A stretch of DNA of 64,000 nucleotides from Laetmonice hystrix. Taxonomy: Eukaryota. Positions 1 to 13,082 of the stretch are shown piece by piece. Position 1 is the first letter of the stretch; each line of letters opens with the position of its first letter. The stretch is from contig OZ249447.1 in NCBI GenBank assembly GCA_965235115.1, forward strand, positions 26,660,001-26,724,000, written 5' to 3'. The notes beneath the pieces are model-generated. The model did not search any database, had not been told where the DNA came from, and saw only the letters and a list, made by a program, of their open reading frames with translations. Position numbers and translations under genes: made by a program.

Positions 1-310
1 CCGCCCCAATAACACTGTTTTGGCTTATATCTCGAAAACGGTGCAAGATACCGCAATAGTTACGATTAATGACAAACAGGAAGTCAAATATAACCTTTGG
101 TTTGGCGCCATTTGCAGTTAGAAACGAGAACTGCAAGAGGTTCCAACCGAGATACTCGCACCTGTGGTTGGTTGGTTGGTTGGTTGGTTGGTTGGTTGGT
201 TGGGGGAGAGAAAACTCGCGTGCCACCCCATCTACAGAATGGACATGACCGGCGGCGGCGCCGACTCGCTTGGAATGTTTGTTTGACCGGGGTGTTATCA
301 AAGTACGACT
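1..310. mobile_element. Probable interspersed-repeat fragment containing a (GGTT)n microsatellite (166-203)
   Basis: The motif tatctcgaaaacggtgcaagata..caggaagtcaaatat resembles non-autonomous repeats I recall from marine invertebrates. The family is unverified, and no termini or TSD are visible. Confidence 0.3.
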
Positions 311-2052
311 CCTGACACAACATCTCCGACTCTTTCCGTTGAAATCGTTGGCAGATGGTAGTTTAGACTTTGAAATACAACGGTTATGTTACAACTTGCT
401 TGCTTGCTATAGGGTTGGATTTTTCAGTAATTCTTAAGTCGACTCCCTCCATCCTGAAATCTTTTAGGGGGCGTTCAACGTGACAAGATTTCTCAAATAT
501 CATTCCATTTCAATTAATTCGTACGAAATAATTTAGCTGTGAATATAGACATCGGAAGATGACATTTGGGATAAATATTGAATGAGAATTGTAGCTGGTA
601 CCGAGTGGGGTCGGGTTGCATATAGCTGTCTAAAGGAGAGGGTTGCTGTCTGTATGCTGGAGCGTGGGGCATTATACTCTGCACAAAAAGTTTATCCCCA
701 CCCCCGTTGTCTTTTTGTATTGTAGCAAGAACACCCCAATTTATTTCTATTTGAGAACTTTATTTCTAAATTCCCTGTATCTGTAAAAGGAGGTATTGCC
801 GGCATTTGCCATTTTCTGATCCAACATTCACTGGGTGTCGCAAAGCACAATTTCAAAAAGGGGGGGGGGGTACTTTTTGTGCAGAGTATAGTGCAGAGTA
901 TAGCAGGTGATGTCACTTGTGCTGTGTAAACGTTAGAACTTCTGCGAGGTACAAATGACCAATCAGAGACTAATTTGACGGTCAATTGAACACATAAATT
1001 CTCGACGTCGGTACCTTAATGTGGCCATAAAGGGTGCTAGGAGGACAGCCGCGGAGCAATCACAATTAAACACACATCTAACCGGGTTTGACTGATGTGC
1101 TGAAGTCATGGAAATGGCGATTCAATAGCCCCCATTTCCCTCTGAGCAGGACACAACTGGTCGGTCGCCGTTTTTCATTTCCGGCAGGTTTGGTTGTCTT
1201 TAAGAATTAACCATCTGCTTTTGTGATGATATGCAAAGTGATCACTTGAGGTGACGACAGAACGCGTTTGTCGCAATTCATTACCGCTACAGAAAGGGCG
1301 GTTGGGTAAGGTGTACGGCGGCCACTGACTGCACCTCACACCATTGGGTCCGACCGCAGTATACGGGCACAACAGTACTAATGGCGCACAGGTGTGTCGC
1401 CTGGCTCTGAATACCCGGAGATGGGGGGGGGGGGGCAGCAGTTCAAGCAACGCTTCGCCTTGTAAGAAGTGTGTCTGATGGAATGTGTACAAAGGGAGAG
1501 GACCTTGCATGATACGGACACGTATAATGGTTCATACGTTGGATCTATTCGAATACATTTAACCATCATGACAATTAGCTTTGCAGCTGATTTTGAAATT
1601 CAAACTGTCGTATGCGTTTACCAATTTTCTTTAAGATGCTTACAGATGCGCCTACACTCTTCCTGTCGTCGTCTTAAATTGCGAGTGGTTGGCGTGAGTC
1701 TCATGGCTTTGACCCATCTTGGTATTTTCCACGGGCGCCAGCAAAGTTATGAACAGCGAACATGTTTGTGTTCTGAAGAGCTTATATATTCTCGCTGTAA
1801 TCTCTGGATCATGTCAGACTGTTCTACGTGGAGAGTAAATATTTCATATACCCCCCCCCCCCCCAAAAAAAAAAACAAAAAAAACAGCATACATGTACTT
1901 ATAAAAAGGCGCGCAAAGGTTTTCCCTTCTCTGCCAACATACCACACTCGCAGACATTTTTCCCATTCACATTCAATGATGGCGGTTTAAGTCATTGTCT
2001 AAATGTTACAGGCATGGTTCGAACCTGATTGGTGGGTTGTTTAGATCATGAA

Positions 2053-2437
2053 ACAGAATACAAGTTTATCATCTCAACCGTACAACAGGTGCGGGTCGTT
2101 ACTTAATACAGAATACAAGTTTATCATCTCAACCGTACAACAGGTGCGGGTGGTTACTGAATACAGAATACAAGTTTATCATCTCAACCGTACAACAGGT
2201 GCGGATGGTTACTGAATACAGAATACAAGTTTATCATCTCAACCGTACAACAGGTGCGGGTGGTTACTGAATACAGAATACAAGTTTATCATCTCAACCG
2301 TACAACAGGTGCGGGTGGTTACTGAATACAGAATACAAGTTTATCATCTCAACCGTACAACAGGTGCGGGTGGTTACTGAATACAGAATACAAGTTTATC
2401 ATCTCAACCGTACAACAGGTGCGAGTGGTTACTGAAT
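2053..2437. repeat. Minisatellite, 55-bp unit x7
   Basis: aatacagaatacaagtttatcatctcaaccgtacaacaggtgcgggtggttactg recurs at exact 55-nt spacing (caagttt at 2061, 2116 ... 2391). Confidence 0.97.
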
Positions 2438-3344
2438 GCAAGGGCACCCATACCCACCCTTGCCGTATTCAAACCCCTATTGCACAACTCTTTACCGACT
2501 GCGGGGTTCCGCTTGTAGCACGTTAAAAAACAAATTTGACTGAGGTCTGGTCACTCCTTGTCGAAGTATTTATTCACGATGGCCACAGGGTAGGGGCTTC
2601 AGGCGTACTTACATAAGATGAGGTAAGGAGTTAAACACATAGGGCTCCAACTGAATTAAGTCTAACTAATTGGTTGTTTCAAGCTGCGCCAGTGTAATTT
2701 CGTGTCATCCACACCAGGTTTTGTGTAGCTTTTGACTTTTTCTATTGTCCCGTTGATACCCGACGCGTAATCCTGTTAGGTGTATTCCCCACAGAGCACA
2801 CCGGGGAGGTATTACAGTATAAAACACTGATCTAACTGCCAACTCCGTGCCAAATCACGTGCTGTCTCCTCGCCACTGCCACAGGTATTCTCCTAACATT
2901 AAATGAAAGTTACACATTGAGAGGGCGGGGGATCATGAAAGGCATAGTCGTTTTAGATCTTTGTTTACATGTGGACCTATCCGTGAGACAATGCAGCCTA
3001 ACAGAACGTAAATAATGGGTGAAAGTTGCTTTAACATTGTCGATTGCGTTACATTGAAGTTTAAATGCATGTTACGTTGAGCCTTACATGGGACTGTCAA
3101 TGATTGTGTTGTTGTGTTTGCGCTTATATTTGGGAGAATATCGTTTGTTTGAATATATAAAAAAAACAACGAATTTACTACTAAAAATTGTTTAGAGCCC
3201 TTCCCATGGCGATACGACGTTATACCATTGGATGGAAGAAACAGGGCCCCTACTAGACCCGAACCTTCGTGTGAGTGAACCTCCTACCCAGCCTGTCCCA
3301 GCCTCTTTGGTACGACAGAGTGCGGCCTATTTCTGGCCCCCATT

Positions 3345-3408
3345 CCATCATCATCATCATCGCCATCATCCAACATCATTTCCATCATCATCCCATCATT
3401 ATCATTAA
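3345..3408. repeat. Imperfect (CAT)n microsatellite
   Basis: catcatcatcatcatcgccatcatccaacatcatttccatcatcatcccatcattatcatt. Confidence 0.8.
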
Positions 3409-6400
3409 CCCGTTAAAATGAATGTCTTGCCGATCTGGATGGTGTTCAAAAACCACTACTCCCTCATTCATCTGTCACTTTCCACGCCCCATCAATATTA
3501 TTTGCCCTTTGGGGTGATGTCCCATCTTGGTTACTAAATCCGAACGGACCAGGTGCTGGCCGGTTGGACACCATTCAAACGGAGCTCTAATTATTGTGGA
3601 CCCCTTCAAATAAATCCGTGCTTCTTGCAAGTCGCAGGTGTGAAGGGCTCGCTCAGCATAAAGCCGCAAAGCAAACGAACCTCTCTTCCTCGTGTCCTAG
3701 TCAATAACGGCTCCGTACCTGACAAAGCTTCACTAGATTGTCTCCATTCTGTGGAGATTCTCTGCCGAATCCTGCCCAAAAGAGTATGTATGTTGACCGA
3801 AGATTTGTATTTCTAAAGCCAAACCTAGCAGATAGAAAGTAAGTCCTTCCCCCAACGGCCGTTGGCAAATGAATCAGCCTTCTGCCATTCACTGCGGTCC
3901 TAGTGGACGTTACGTCACTGAGGTACTTGTGTAACTTGGAGTTAGAGGAGACCTTATAACAATTTGGGAGCGTCAACTGTATAGTATACTGGTGGTAATT
4001 ACTAGACGTAAGACTTTATCAGGATTAGATCAGTGTAGTCTCTATTCCGCTGATCGAGTCTACATTGTCCAGAATACATTGCTATAATCTAGCCTGAATA
4101 CCCAGAGGTATATCCACAAGATAATTAGGACATAGGGTTTGAAATTTGAGAACTGAACTGAGTACTTCTGGGTGTGAAGGGCTGCTGTGAAGCGCTGCAC
4201 TGTTTCCACATATTTTATAGTACGTCATTCTCGATCAGCGTGAGACCTAAAGTTATCGACACAATGCCAGTGAAAGTTTTTTGGCGATGTGACAGACAAC
4301 GAGCTAACCAGTGGTGAGGTTCTTGTTACCCTTGTAGCCAGCCAGCATTTGTTTACATCAATTGGCATGTACATGTACATTGTATATAAAGTAAGGCTTT
4401 ACATGAATACCAATGAGATTAACATTCAAAACTCTTCTAATGCCATATAATCTCCTACTATAGTAATATCCAACTGCAGTATTGAAAAATGGTACGCTGG
4501 CCGTATGTAATGTGTATGTAATGTGTATGTAATCCAGTGTTCTAGATTGCTGTCATATCAAGTACAATATACACTGTAGGAGGGAGTACAGTGTTTAGGG
4601 GTATGTGCGAGGAATGGTATAGGTGTGATTCACAGAGGGGAATGTTGTCCCTGTGCGTCCAGGGGAGGCGAGCACCCAATTTCTGGTACGGAGCGCCCTC
4701 TGTCGGCAGATGACCACCACCTGCCCAAACAGGTCGGAATTCAGATAATCCCTTCACACATCCCATTCCTTGGATACATCAAAGTAATCCAGCGTTATTG
4801 TTACAGGAGAGAGCCATATCGGATGTAAATATTGATTCACAAGATCAGAGAAATGTGTTTTAACTCAATAGAATTGCACCTTGTGTGCTTACACTCAGAG
4901 TATCGCTGTGCTGCGAGCACCTACTGTAATGCCTTCCCCTTTCGTTCTTCGTAATACACGTTCTTTTCAAAACAGGGTTTAATTTAAATTATTCTAAGAA
5001 AATACATTAAGACTGAAGGAAAGCTTCTAGTGTGCTCGGTCTTGTAAGTTTTTCTGTGTGTTTTCTAATTATAGAGGATGTATTGTGAAAACATGTACTG
5101 AAGGGCAAACTTATATTGTTATACCATTTTACAGTAGATTTTCCTGTTAAGGCATAATTTCCCTTCTGGATGAAGCAAGAAGGTATTTTGGCATGTGTAT
5201 TCATGCACAGTAGGAGTTAATTAGATTTTTTCGTAGCATTTACATGACTTTGTCGACATAAATAATTCATAACATGTGGTTAAAGATCACATTTTGCACA
5301 TAACCCGACGCTATTGTCGCCAGAATTACAACATATTTCCTAGTGCTAAGCGCTTGGTCCAGAATTACGAATTTATTCTGAGAGACCAATATTCGACTCA
5401 ATTTGATTTCTACAAGCGTGCATAAGTTGCATAGGTTGAGTGTCATGAGCGTGGGAGAACGCTTACGACTCTTGTCAATCTATGATATCGGGCACCACTA
5501 TCCCATGCCTTTAACGCACTGTGAATGGGAACAATGCCTCATGGGGCGTTTATTCAATTATAACAAATATTTGAGGTAGGCATCAAATATGAAAATATAT
5601 CAGGCCTCGCAAACAAGTGTCAAGTTGAGGAGTGTCGTTACTGAGTTCTTGAAGTGCGAGTGCAGGTTTTTTTTATGGAAGCATATAACACGCTTTGTGA
5701 AAGGGGTGACAGAAATGCATTTGCCGTTTTTTAATAGGAAAATGAATGGTCAACATCCTGTTGAAAACATAGCAGAGACATGCAGTGTAATTAGTTAGAA
5801 ATGATTACTTGATGTCGTAAAGGTTTGGGTATCCTTACCTGAATGCGCGATGGTATGGTCCTATTCACTTGTTAAACTGGAAATGACGTTTGCGATTGCA
5901 ATAGGTCAAAGTTTAGAATTGAAGGCGTGTATTGAAGGTTTTGAATTGAAGAGCGAAGAGATTGGTTCCTGACCCCCAGTGAGTTGGCAGGACTCATTCC
6001 GGGTCTACTTATAGATAACTTAACTATAACCTCACCGTCACATACATTACACTGTATTGTGCAAACGTTGTAAGTAACATTCTGTTTCAATTGTTTAACT
6101 GGCAGGAGTTTGCTTTTATAAATATAGACCTCCCTGTGTGATAATTGTTCTGTTGACATATATACTCACCTGAGATGGGAGAAAATTTGCTTTTAGTTCA
6201 AAGGTATGTTCGCTTCGGCTTCAGAGAACACAACGCACAGGTTAATGAGGTTTATCTCGGTAAAAACACTTGTGTCCGTGTCTTCCTGTATGACAGCCGT
6301 GAATGGATGGAAAGTTTAAGGAGGGACGCTTTTGTGTGAAAAAGCTCTTGAACTGCATGTCCTTGATAATCCATCTCAAATAATGTGTACCGCCTGAAGT

Positions 6401-8185
6401 AATAGACAGCTGCTTCATGCCATCTGGTAGTAAGTCTCAACAACGTCTGAGTCCAAGTCGGATCACCCATATCCTATTCATAAATCTATTGCATTTTACA
6501 GTTGAATATTCAGTGTGGCTTAAGTTCCTGTCGCACGTGAAATTAACACATTATGGCATTGATTGCCAGGTGGTATAAGGTAAATATTTGTTATAAATTA
6601 TCAATATCGACCCAAAGCTAATATTTGAAAAGAGCTTGTCGTGGAATCTGGAAAAGGGGGCGTTACTTCCTCTTGGTTTTGAGTGGGTGTTGGAAGAGCG
6701 TAAACTTGTAATGAGGAGGTGGGGTATATGGGGAACCTCATGAACCAGTGGTGAATGCCCGTTCTCTGGGATGTTTACTCTCTTATTGAGATTTACTAAG
6801 CTTTATATGTTCAACGTGATAATTTCACGTTTCCTTTGCAGCGTTGTAGCAACTGGCTGAAGATATAAGGATGAGTAAACATTTCAAGAGGTCACGCACT
6901 CGGAACATAAGGTGTTAGGTTCATGGCAATCTAAGGTAGAGGTGCTCACTTCAGACAGAAACAGATGAATTTTGGTAAAAGTCTTAAGAAATTCTGTTTC
7001 AGAAACGTTGAAATCGGAAATAGTATTAGATTTATCCTAAGGAAGAGACTTCAAATGTACATATCCCTCATGTGCGTGTTATGGTGCGTAATAAAACCGG
7101 TAACCATGCGCAGTAGTCTTAAATTTGTAGATATCCCAACTACCTCCACATACTAATAACGCTATTATTTTTAGTTTTCAATAGTTTTCGTTCTTTAATA
7201 TCAGAAGCACATCACCCCAAAAAACATTCAGTATACAGTTATCGTGTCTACGTGATGGCGTCTCTCTTCTCGTTTACGGCATCCCAAACTCTTCGACCAA
7301 AGACTGAAAACTCCAATTTGATGAGCATTGTTCAAAGTGCCAGCACAGAGGCTATACATGTTGTATTTATATACATGCACGTATTACATATAATTGGGTT
7401 TGACGAGGGATATAGTTGGCCCTGAGTATTGCCCTGCCAGGGCGCCAAGGATGGACGTCGTCTTTACCACTGTCCGCTTTACTGGTAGCTTTGTGGAGTT
7501 CACTATCGTATTCAAGTCATATCACGTTTCTGGACCCTGCCAAATGTACCCATGAGACGGGAGAAAGTATTATCTTGAACACAATTAGCATCAACCTGGT
7601 ACAAAGTTAGTTTCTTTCACGTGGAAATCTTGTCCGCATGTGCAAATATACACGGCTCTGGTAATATTTTCTGGGCAAACACAATTAACCGACTGCGGGT
7701 TCCACAGAAAGGGATTTCTTGAAGGTTGGTTACAGAGTGCTGAGTCATCGGAACTCTTCGCAATTTTTGTGATAGGTTTTCTACAATAGACAGCAATAGC
7801 ATACGATATGGCGTCCCTAAAGCTGAATAGTCACTGCGCATTACATGAGAAAGCAATCGCCGTGAAGTATTTTCCTGCGCCTTTCCACAGACAGCGTCTC
7901 CGGAATGGGTCGTCAGATTCGTTTGCCCTTTCACGTGAGACTTTGGTATTTCTATTCTCTGCAGATGCACTCTGTATGAACTTATGCTCTGGAGGGGTTA
8001 CTGGGAGTCTGAGACCGCTATGGTCATTAGAGACAGATGCGCTGGCAGCCAAACGGGATCTATTGAGGAACATTTTGTTTTGTCGTCAAACAATCGACGA
8101 TGGCCTTAGTCTATGGCACGGCCGTCACATGTGCTTCAAGTCGATTCACGTCAAATCAACTCAAGAGCTTTATTCCCTCCCCTCC

Positions 8186-8220
8186 CTTTCTCTCTTTCTC
8201 TCTCTCTCTCTCTCGCTCTC
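8186..8220. repeat. (CT)n microsatellite
   Basis: Read directly from the sequence. Confidence 0.8.
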
Positions 8221-8884
8221 CAGAAGAACTGTTCAACTTGGAACAACGGTACATGAAGGAAGCAAAATAAAAAGTTGATCAACCCATTAAACTTCAGACT
8301 GAGTGTCGTGCTGTTTACTTCTCCTTCACTGTAAGTGGGAACGCCCATTACGATATTCTCCCAAGTTTTACAGGGATTACTTCTAATCAACAATAAGTGG
8401 GTTTGTCCATAACCTCTTCCGTACAAATCACGTGCAAGAATCAGCGAGAGAAACTGCAATGAACTGCTGTTATTCCCGAATGTTCTAATCGACCATTATC
8501 CCGACTGTCATGAATTTAATCGGTGCAGAACCGTCAACACGACATTAAAGTCGAACAAAAGCACGCTTGATGGAGGGTGCCAAAAGCCCACCATTTTGGT
8601 GATCATGTTTGTGAATCCGTCTTGAACCAATGTGACAGTGATCGGTGGAGTTTTGGAAGCGCTTGTCTACTTCCCTGGGAGTACCTGACAGGGGGAGATT
8701 TTCCGAGTGCGAGAGAGAGTCAATCGATCACGTTGGTAGGGTGAGGAAAGGAATATTGGTTTCGGAAAGGATGATCGTTAGAGACGAGTATCAATCATAC
8801 AGAACAATGCTGGTCTAATATCTCCATGAGTCGGTCCTCATCCGTCAGTCGGAAGGCAGGCTAATACATCTTCGTGTAGCACTC

Positions 8885-9576
8885 GGTTTGGTGGGGTTTG
8901 GTGGGGTTGGTGGGGTTTGGTGGGGGCTGGTGGGGTTTGGTGGGGGCTGGTGGGGTTTGGTGGGGGTTGGTGGGGGTTGGTGGGGTTTGGTGGCGGTTGG
9001 TGGGGTTTGGTGGGGGTTGGTGGGGGGTTGGTGGGGTTTGGTGGGGGTTGGTGGCGTTTGGTGGGGGTTGGTGGGGCTTGGTCGAGTTGGGTGGGGGTTT
9101 GGGGGGGGGGGGGTTGGTGGGGTTTGGGGGTGGGGTTGGTAAGGTTTGGTAGGGTTTGGTGGGGGTTGGTGGCGTTTGGTGGGGGTTGGTGGCGTTTGGT
9201 GGGGGTTGGTGGGGTTCGGTGGGGGTTGGTAGGGGTTGGTGGGGTTTGGTGGGGTTGGTGGGGGTTGGTGGGGTTCGGTGGGGTTGGTGGGGTTTGGTAG
9301 GGGTTGGTGGGGGTTGGTGGGGTTTGGTGGGGTTGGTAGGGGTTGGTGGGGTTTGGTGAGGTTGGTGGGGTTTGGTGGGGGTTGGTGGGGGTTGGTGGGG
9401 TTTGGTGAGGGTTGGTGGGGTTGGGTGGGGTTGGGTGGGGTTGGTTGGGGTTTGGTGGGGTTGGTGGGGGTTGGTGGGGGTTGGTGGGGTTTGGTGGGGT
9501 TTGGTGGGGTTGGTGGGGTTTGGTGGGGTTTGGTGGGGTTTGGTAGGGGTTGGTGGGGGTTGGTGGGGTTTGGTGG
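8885..9576. repeat. G-rich simple repeat of 9-10 bp units (TTGGTGGGG/TTTGGTGGGG/TTGGTGGGGG)
   Basis: About 690 nt composed almost only of G and T on the + strand. Confidence 0.97.
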
Positions 9577-12261
9577 TATAGCTGTGCATCCACGTCACAC
9601 TAGGATTCGTGCAGGTATACATTAACAAGGAAGAACTCATGATTTAGAACGGGAGGGGTTACCGTTCCAAAAACTAATTTAAACAATGTATAATAAATGT
9701 AGGTGTTTTTTTTTATTAAAACGTACATTATTATATATTTAATGTTTACGCATACATGAAAGGTAAAGATAAGTGTGACCATATTCTGCGCCTGCTGTCT
9801 CTGCCATGCATGCCATGGCTCGTTGGAGCAGCTCGTCGTGCCTCGTAGAATCGTACCATGCGAGTGCGTCCCCTTAAAGTCATTACTATGATTACTATGA
9901 ATCACCATAAAGCTTTCCCTGTCGAGTCAACAGGACAATTATACACTGGCACGTGCCGGTTGACCCTCAGGGACGGACATATTGGATCGTTCCGAAGTGA
10001 TAAATGTCATACTGACCGAATATATATGCAGTAGTCTGTATAGCCCGCATTAGGTGGCAAACTTCAGTGAGTGGGTCTGGCCAGTCACTAATCACTGGTC
10101 CGAGTTATTTTGTGGCATTTCCAAAATCCTGGTCCGAAAGGCAGACCTTTATGGCCACCAAGTGGAGGCAGGGGCATGGCGTAGTTTCGGGCTGATATTA
10201 CCCGTGGGAGCTGGAAGGAGAAGGGCATCCATCAGGTCCAACGTGCGATGGTTGCGCTATTGCCCCCATCTGGAAACTGGTCGTTGCTGCCGGAGTCACA
10301 ATGAATGAGAGGCATATTGAGGGGGCGCTCTGCCCACCTGTTGTGTCTGAAACTAAGCATGTTTTACGGGAGCATCACTAACCCCGGCCACACCTTTGTG
10401 CTCAGTTCAAACAGGGGTAGACTATTAGTTATTTATATGCAATTTCAGTGTAGGTGAAAGAGAGGGCTCCAGTAGTAATTGTGCACAAAAATATCCTGCA
10501 TAATGTTAAGATAAGGTAATCTATCCCTGAGTCCTGCATAATCACTGACAGATAAATTGTTGTCATCAACGCGTACATACAAAGTGTTGCTGTTGTTTTG
10601 TCTTATTACAGAAATACGAAAATATGCAGGAATTCATAAAACATGGTAATGTTGGCATTCTAATTCAGAGACACACAGCGCCGCCTTCTGGAAAACATGT
10701 GAACTATTTATTGGCCCAGGCAGGTAGCGAGACGCCCTCCCAATTAACTCGATCCTCTAATCAAATCAGAAAGGGAGTCATTAGTTGATTAATTAGCCTT
10801 TCACACTCTTGTTCATTCCTCATCGGTCAGATTGCACGTTGTTGCCTTGAATATTAATTAATCAAGATGATAAAATATTTTGACATTTGTCTTCTGTAAA
10901 CGCCTTTCGAGAACCTGTGTGGAGTGCCGAAGTCTCAGCGCCAGACTACAGCACGCACGCGTTCTTTTTCTGAGAAAAGATTATAGCTGGACTCTCTATA
11001 ATGGTAAGATTGTTGTGTATATGAAAAACATACGATTTGATTATAATGTATCAAGTTATCAACACGAGAGCCTGTTCGCACGCAATCTGCCCGTTTTCGT
11101 GCATTCCAAGGAATGGAAGAAGCTTTTCAGTGACAAAAACATATACCTCCTGAAGGTGTGACCTGTCAGGACTTAAATACACGGAGGAATTTGTGTGATG
11201 TGCTGTCGATGTGTCTGCCTTTCTATTGATTGATTTCAACATGGCTGATAAGCCCTCCATTCAGTTCCAGACCCGTCTGGGCGTTGTTTTTCCAGTCCTG
11301 AAGTGAGTTTTGTCAAATATATGTTTTTTTGAATCCCCAGTGGCGGATTTAGGGGGCACAGGGTCCCCCATAAATTTATCGAAGCAGGGTCCCTCCATAC
11401 CGAAAATGAACGGAAGTAGGCTAAGTATTGAGTTGTACTCATCCACCCACACACTGAGCCCCCCACCTCCATTCTTAAACACGTTGCTATACCGCATCCC
11501 CCATGAATGGTTTACGTTTTGAATAACGTTTAGATTATTGTCCAGAAGAGTTGCGTGTTATAGTGAATACTTGCGACGTGTTAATCCTAATTCTCTATCC
11601 CGTGTACTAATCCAGACTGAGCATTATTACATATTGATTACACTAATATTCCTTTAGCCGTAACATAAACAACTTCTAAGTCGACGAAAATAAATTAATT
11701 TATATATCTGCTGTCTGTATGGCTGTCTGTGTGTATCCCCCCCCCCCCATCTCTCTCCCCCCTCTCTCTCAGCATCTATACATACATATAGGCCTACGTA
11801 CATACATGACTTTTGTGTAGACTAGAAGAACGCCCCAATTACGGGTATAGTGGCCCTTTAAGCGATTGTTGTTGCTGTTTTGCCAACTTATATATCAACG
11901 GGTTATTTGCAGGAGCTTTGTGATAATACAGAAAAATATATTGATCTCAAGATGAACATTTATAGTTCCAGCCGTGAGGCGGAGCAGACCGCATTCAGGC
12001 CCCACCCACTGGTCATTGGAGGAGAGCTGATATTCTCCAACATCGCGCCCCCTCGGGCGAACTCGGCAATCATCGTCTTTTTCCGGAAACCATCAGGGAA
12101 TAGTTGGCTCGAGCAAAATATCCCGCACGCGTTAAGGTTGTGAACGGGAGTAGTGCTTGTAATTTGTCGACAACATATTGGCGCGCTTTGTATCAAACTT
12201 TGGACATTGGTTGAAACCTGTTGGGATGAACGTTGTGAATATAGACTTAGACAGTTCAGAT

Positions 12262-12435
12262 CAGGGGCGGATCCAGGATTTTGTAACTGGGGGGCTACAT
12301 CCAGGATTTTGCAACTGGGGGGCTACATCAAGGATTTTGCAACTGGGGGGCATGATGTATATATAAACCCTCTTATATAGGTGCGCCGTAGACGCTGGAG
12401 TCAGCTGGGGGGGGCGGGGGGCTTAAGCCCCCAAT
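12262..12435. mobile_element. MITE-like fragment with CAGGGGCGGATCCAG end and an internal 28-bp x3 tandem (12271-12351)
   Basis: Left terminus is shared with the elements at 11338, 12694 and 14947; no right TIR found. Confidence 0.45.
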
Positions 12436-12693
12436 TTTACTTCCCATAAAGTTCCTCCAAGATCTCTGACCACTTAAACGACAACTCCCGTCGGTCTCTC
12501 AGGGATCCCTCGACCAACACCTTGTAGAGATCGAAAGGTAATACAAGCTGTGATCCAGAGTAAACATTGACATTTCAACTTCTACTTTATACAGTCCAGT
12601 GGCATCGAGGCTGTCTGTCACGACCCTTGCACACATCGCTACACATCACGTTGGGTTTTGTAGCTCAGTGTACCTGTAGGTCTTTACTGGCCT

Positions 12694-12870
12694 CAGGGGC
12701 GGATTCAGGATTTTGTTTGGGGGGGGGGGGTGGTCAAGGGTAGAATTTACTAAGGCGAGTAAGGGAGGGGAGTTCCATATGGTCACTTCAGAAAGTTCGA
12801 TGGGGGGGGGGTGGTGGTGGTTGCCAATTAAGGGGGTTCAACCCCCTGAATCCCCCCTTATCCGCCTATG
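12694..12870. mobile_element. Degenerate MITE with imperfect TIRs (CAGGGGCGGATT ... TATCCGCCTATG)
   Basis: 9/12 inverted match between the ends, G-tract/C-tract interior, no TSD seen; superfamily uncertain. Confidence 0.5.
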
Positions 12871-13004
12871 GTCCTAGTTCACCGAAGGACAGAATCATTG
12901 GGATAGGAGACGAACTTAATGTGAGACGAGACTGCAATGTGAACTTTGAAATGTGAAATGTGGTACTTTGAATTTTGGTGGAATCTATATATAGGATGGA
13001 TATA

Positions 13005-13082
13005 CAGTAAAACCTCCAAACAAGGAACGTCATATGAACTGACAAACAGCGTTCCCTATGTGGAGGTGTTTCTAACAGGAGG
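13005..13082. mobile_element. Possible Tc1/pogo-type MITE end
   Basis: TA|CAGTAAAACCTC start, and acctccaaacaaggaac is inverted about 40 nt later as gttccctatgtggaggt. Confidence 0.35.

Noticed and set aside
6205-6220. U6 snRNA 5'-like GTTCGCTTCGGC
   Set aside because: The match does not extend; no ACAGAGA box at the right distance.
8838-9640. Long Pro/Thr/His- and Gly/Trp-rich ORFs (up to 259 aa)
   Set aside because: They are translations of the G-rich simple repeat, open in most frames on both strands.
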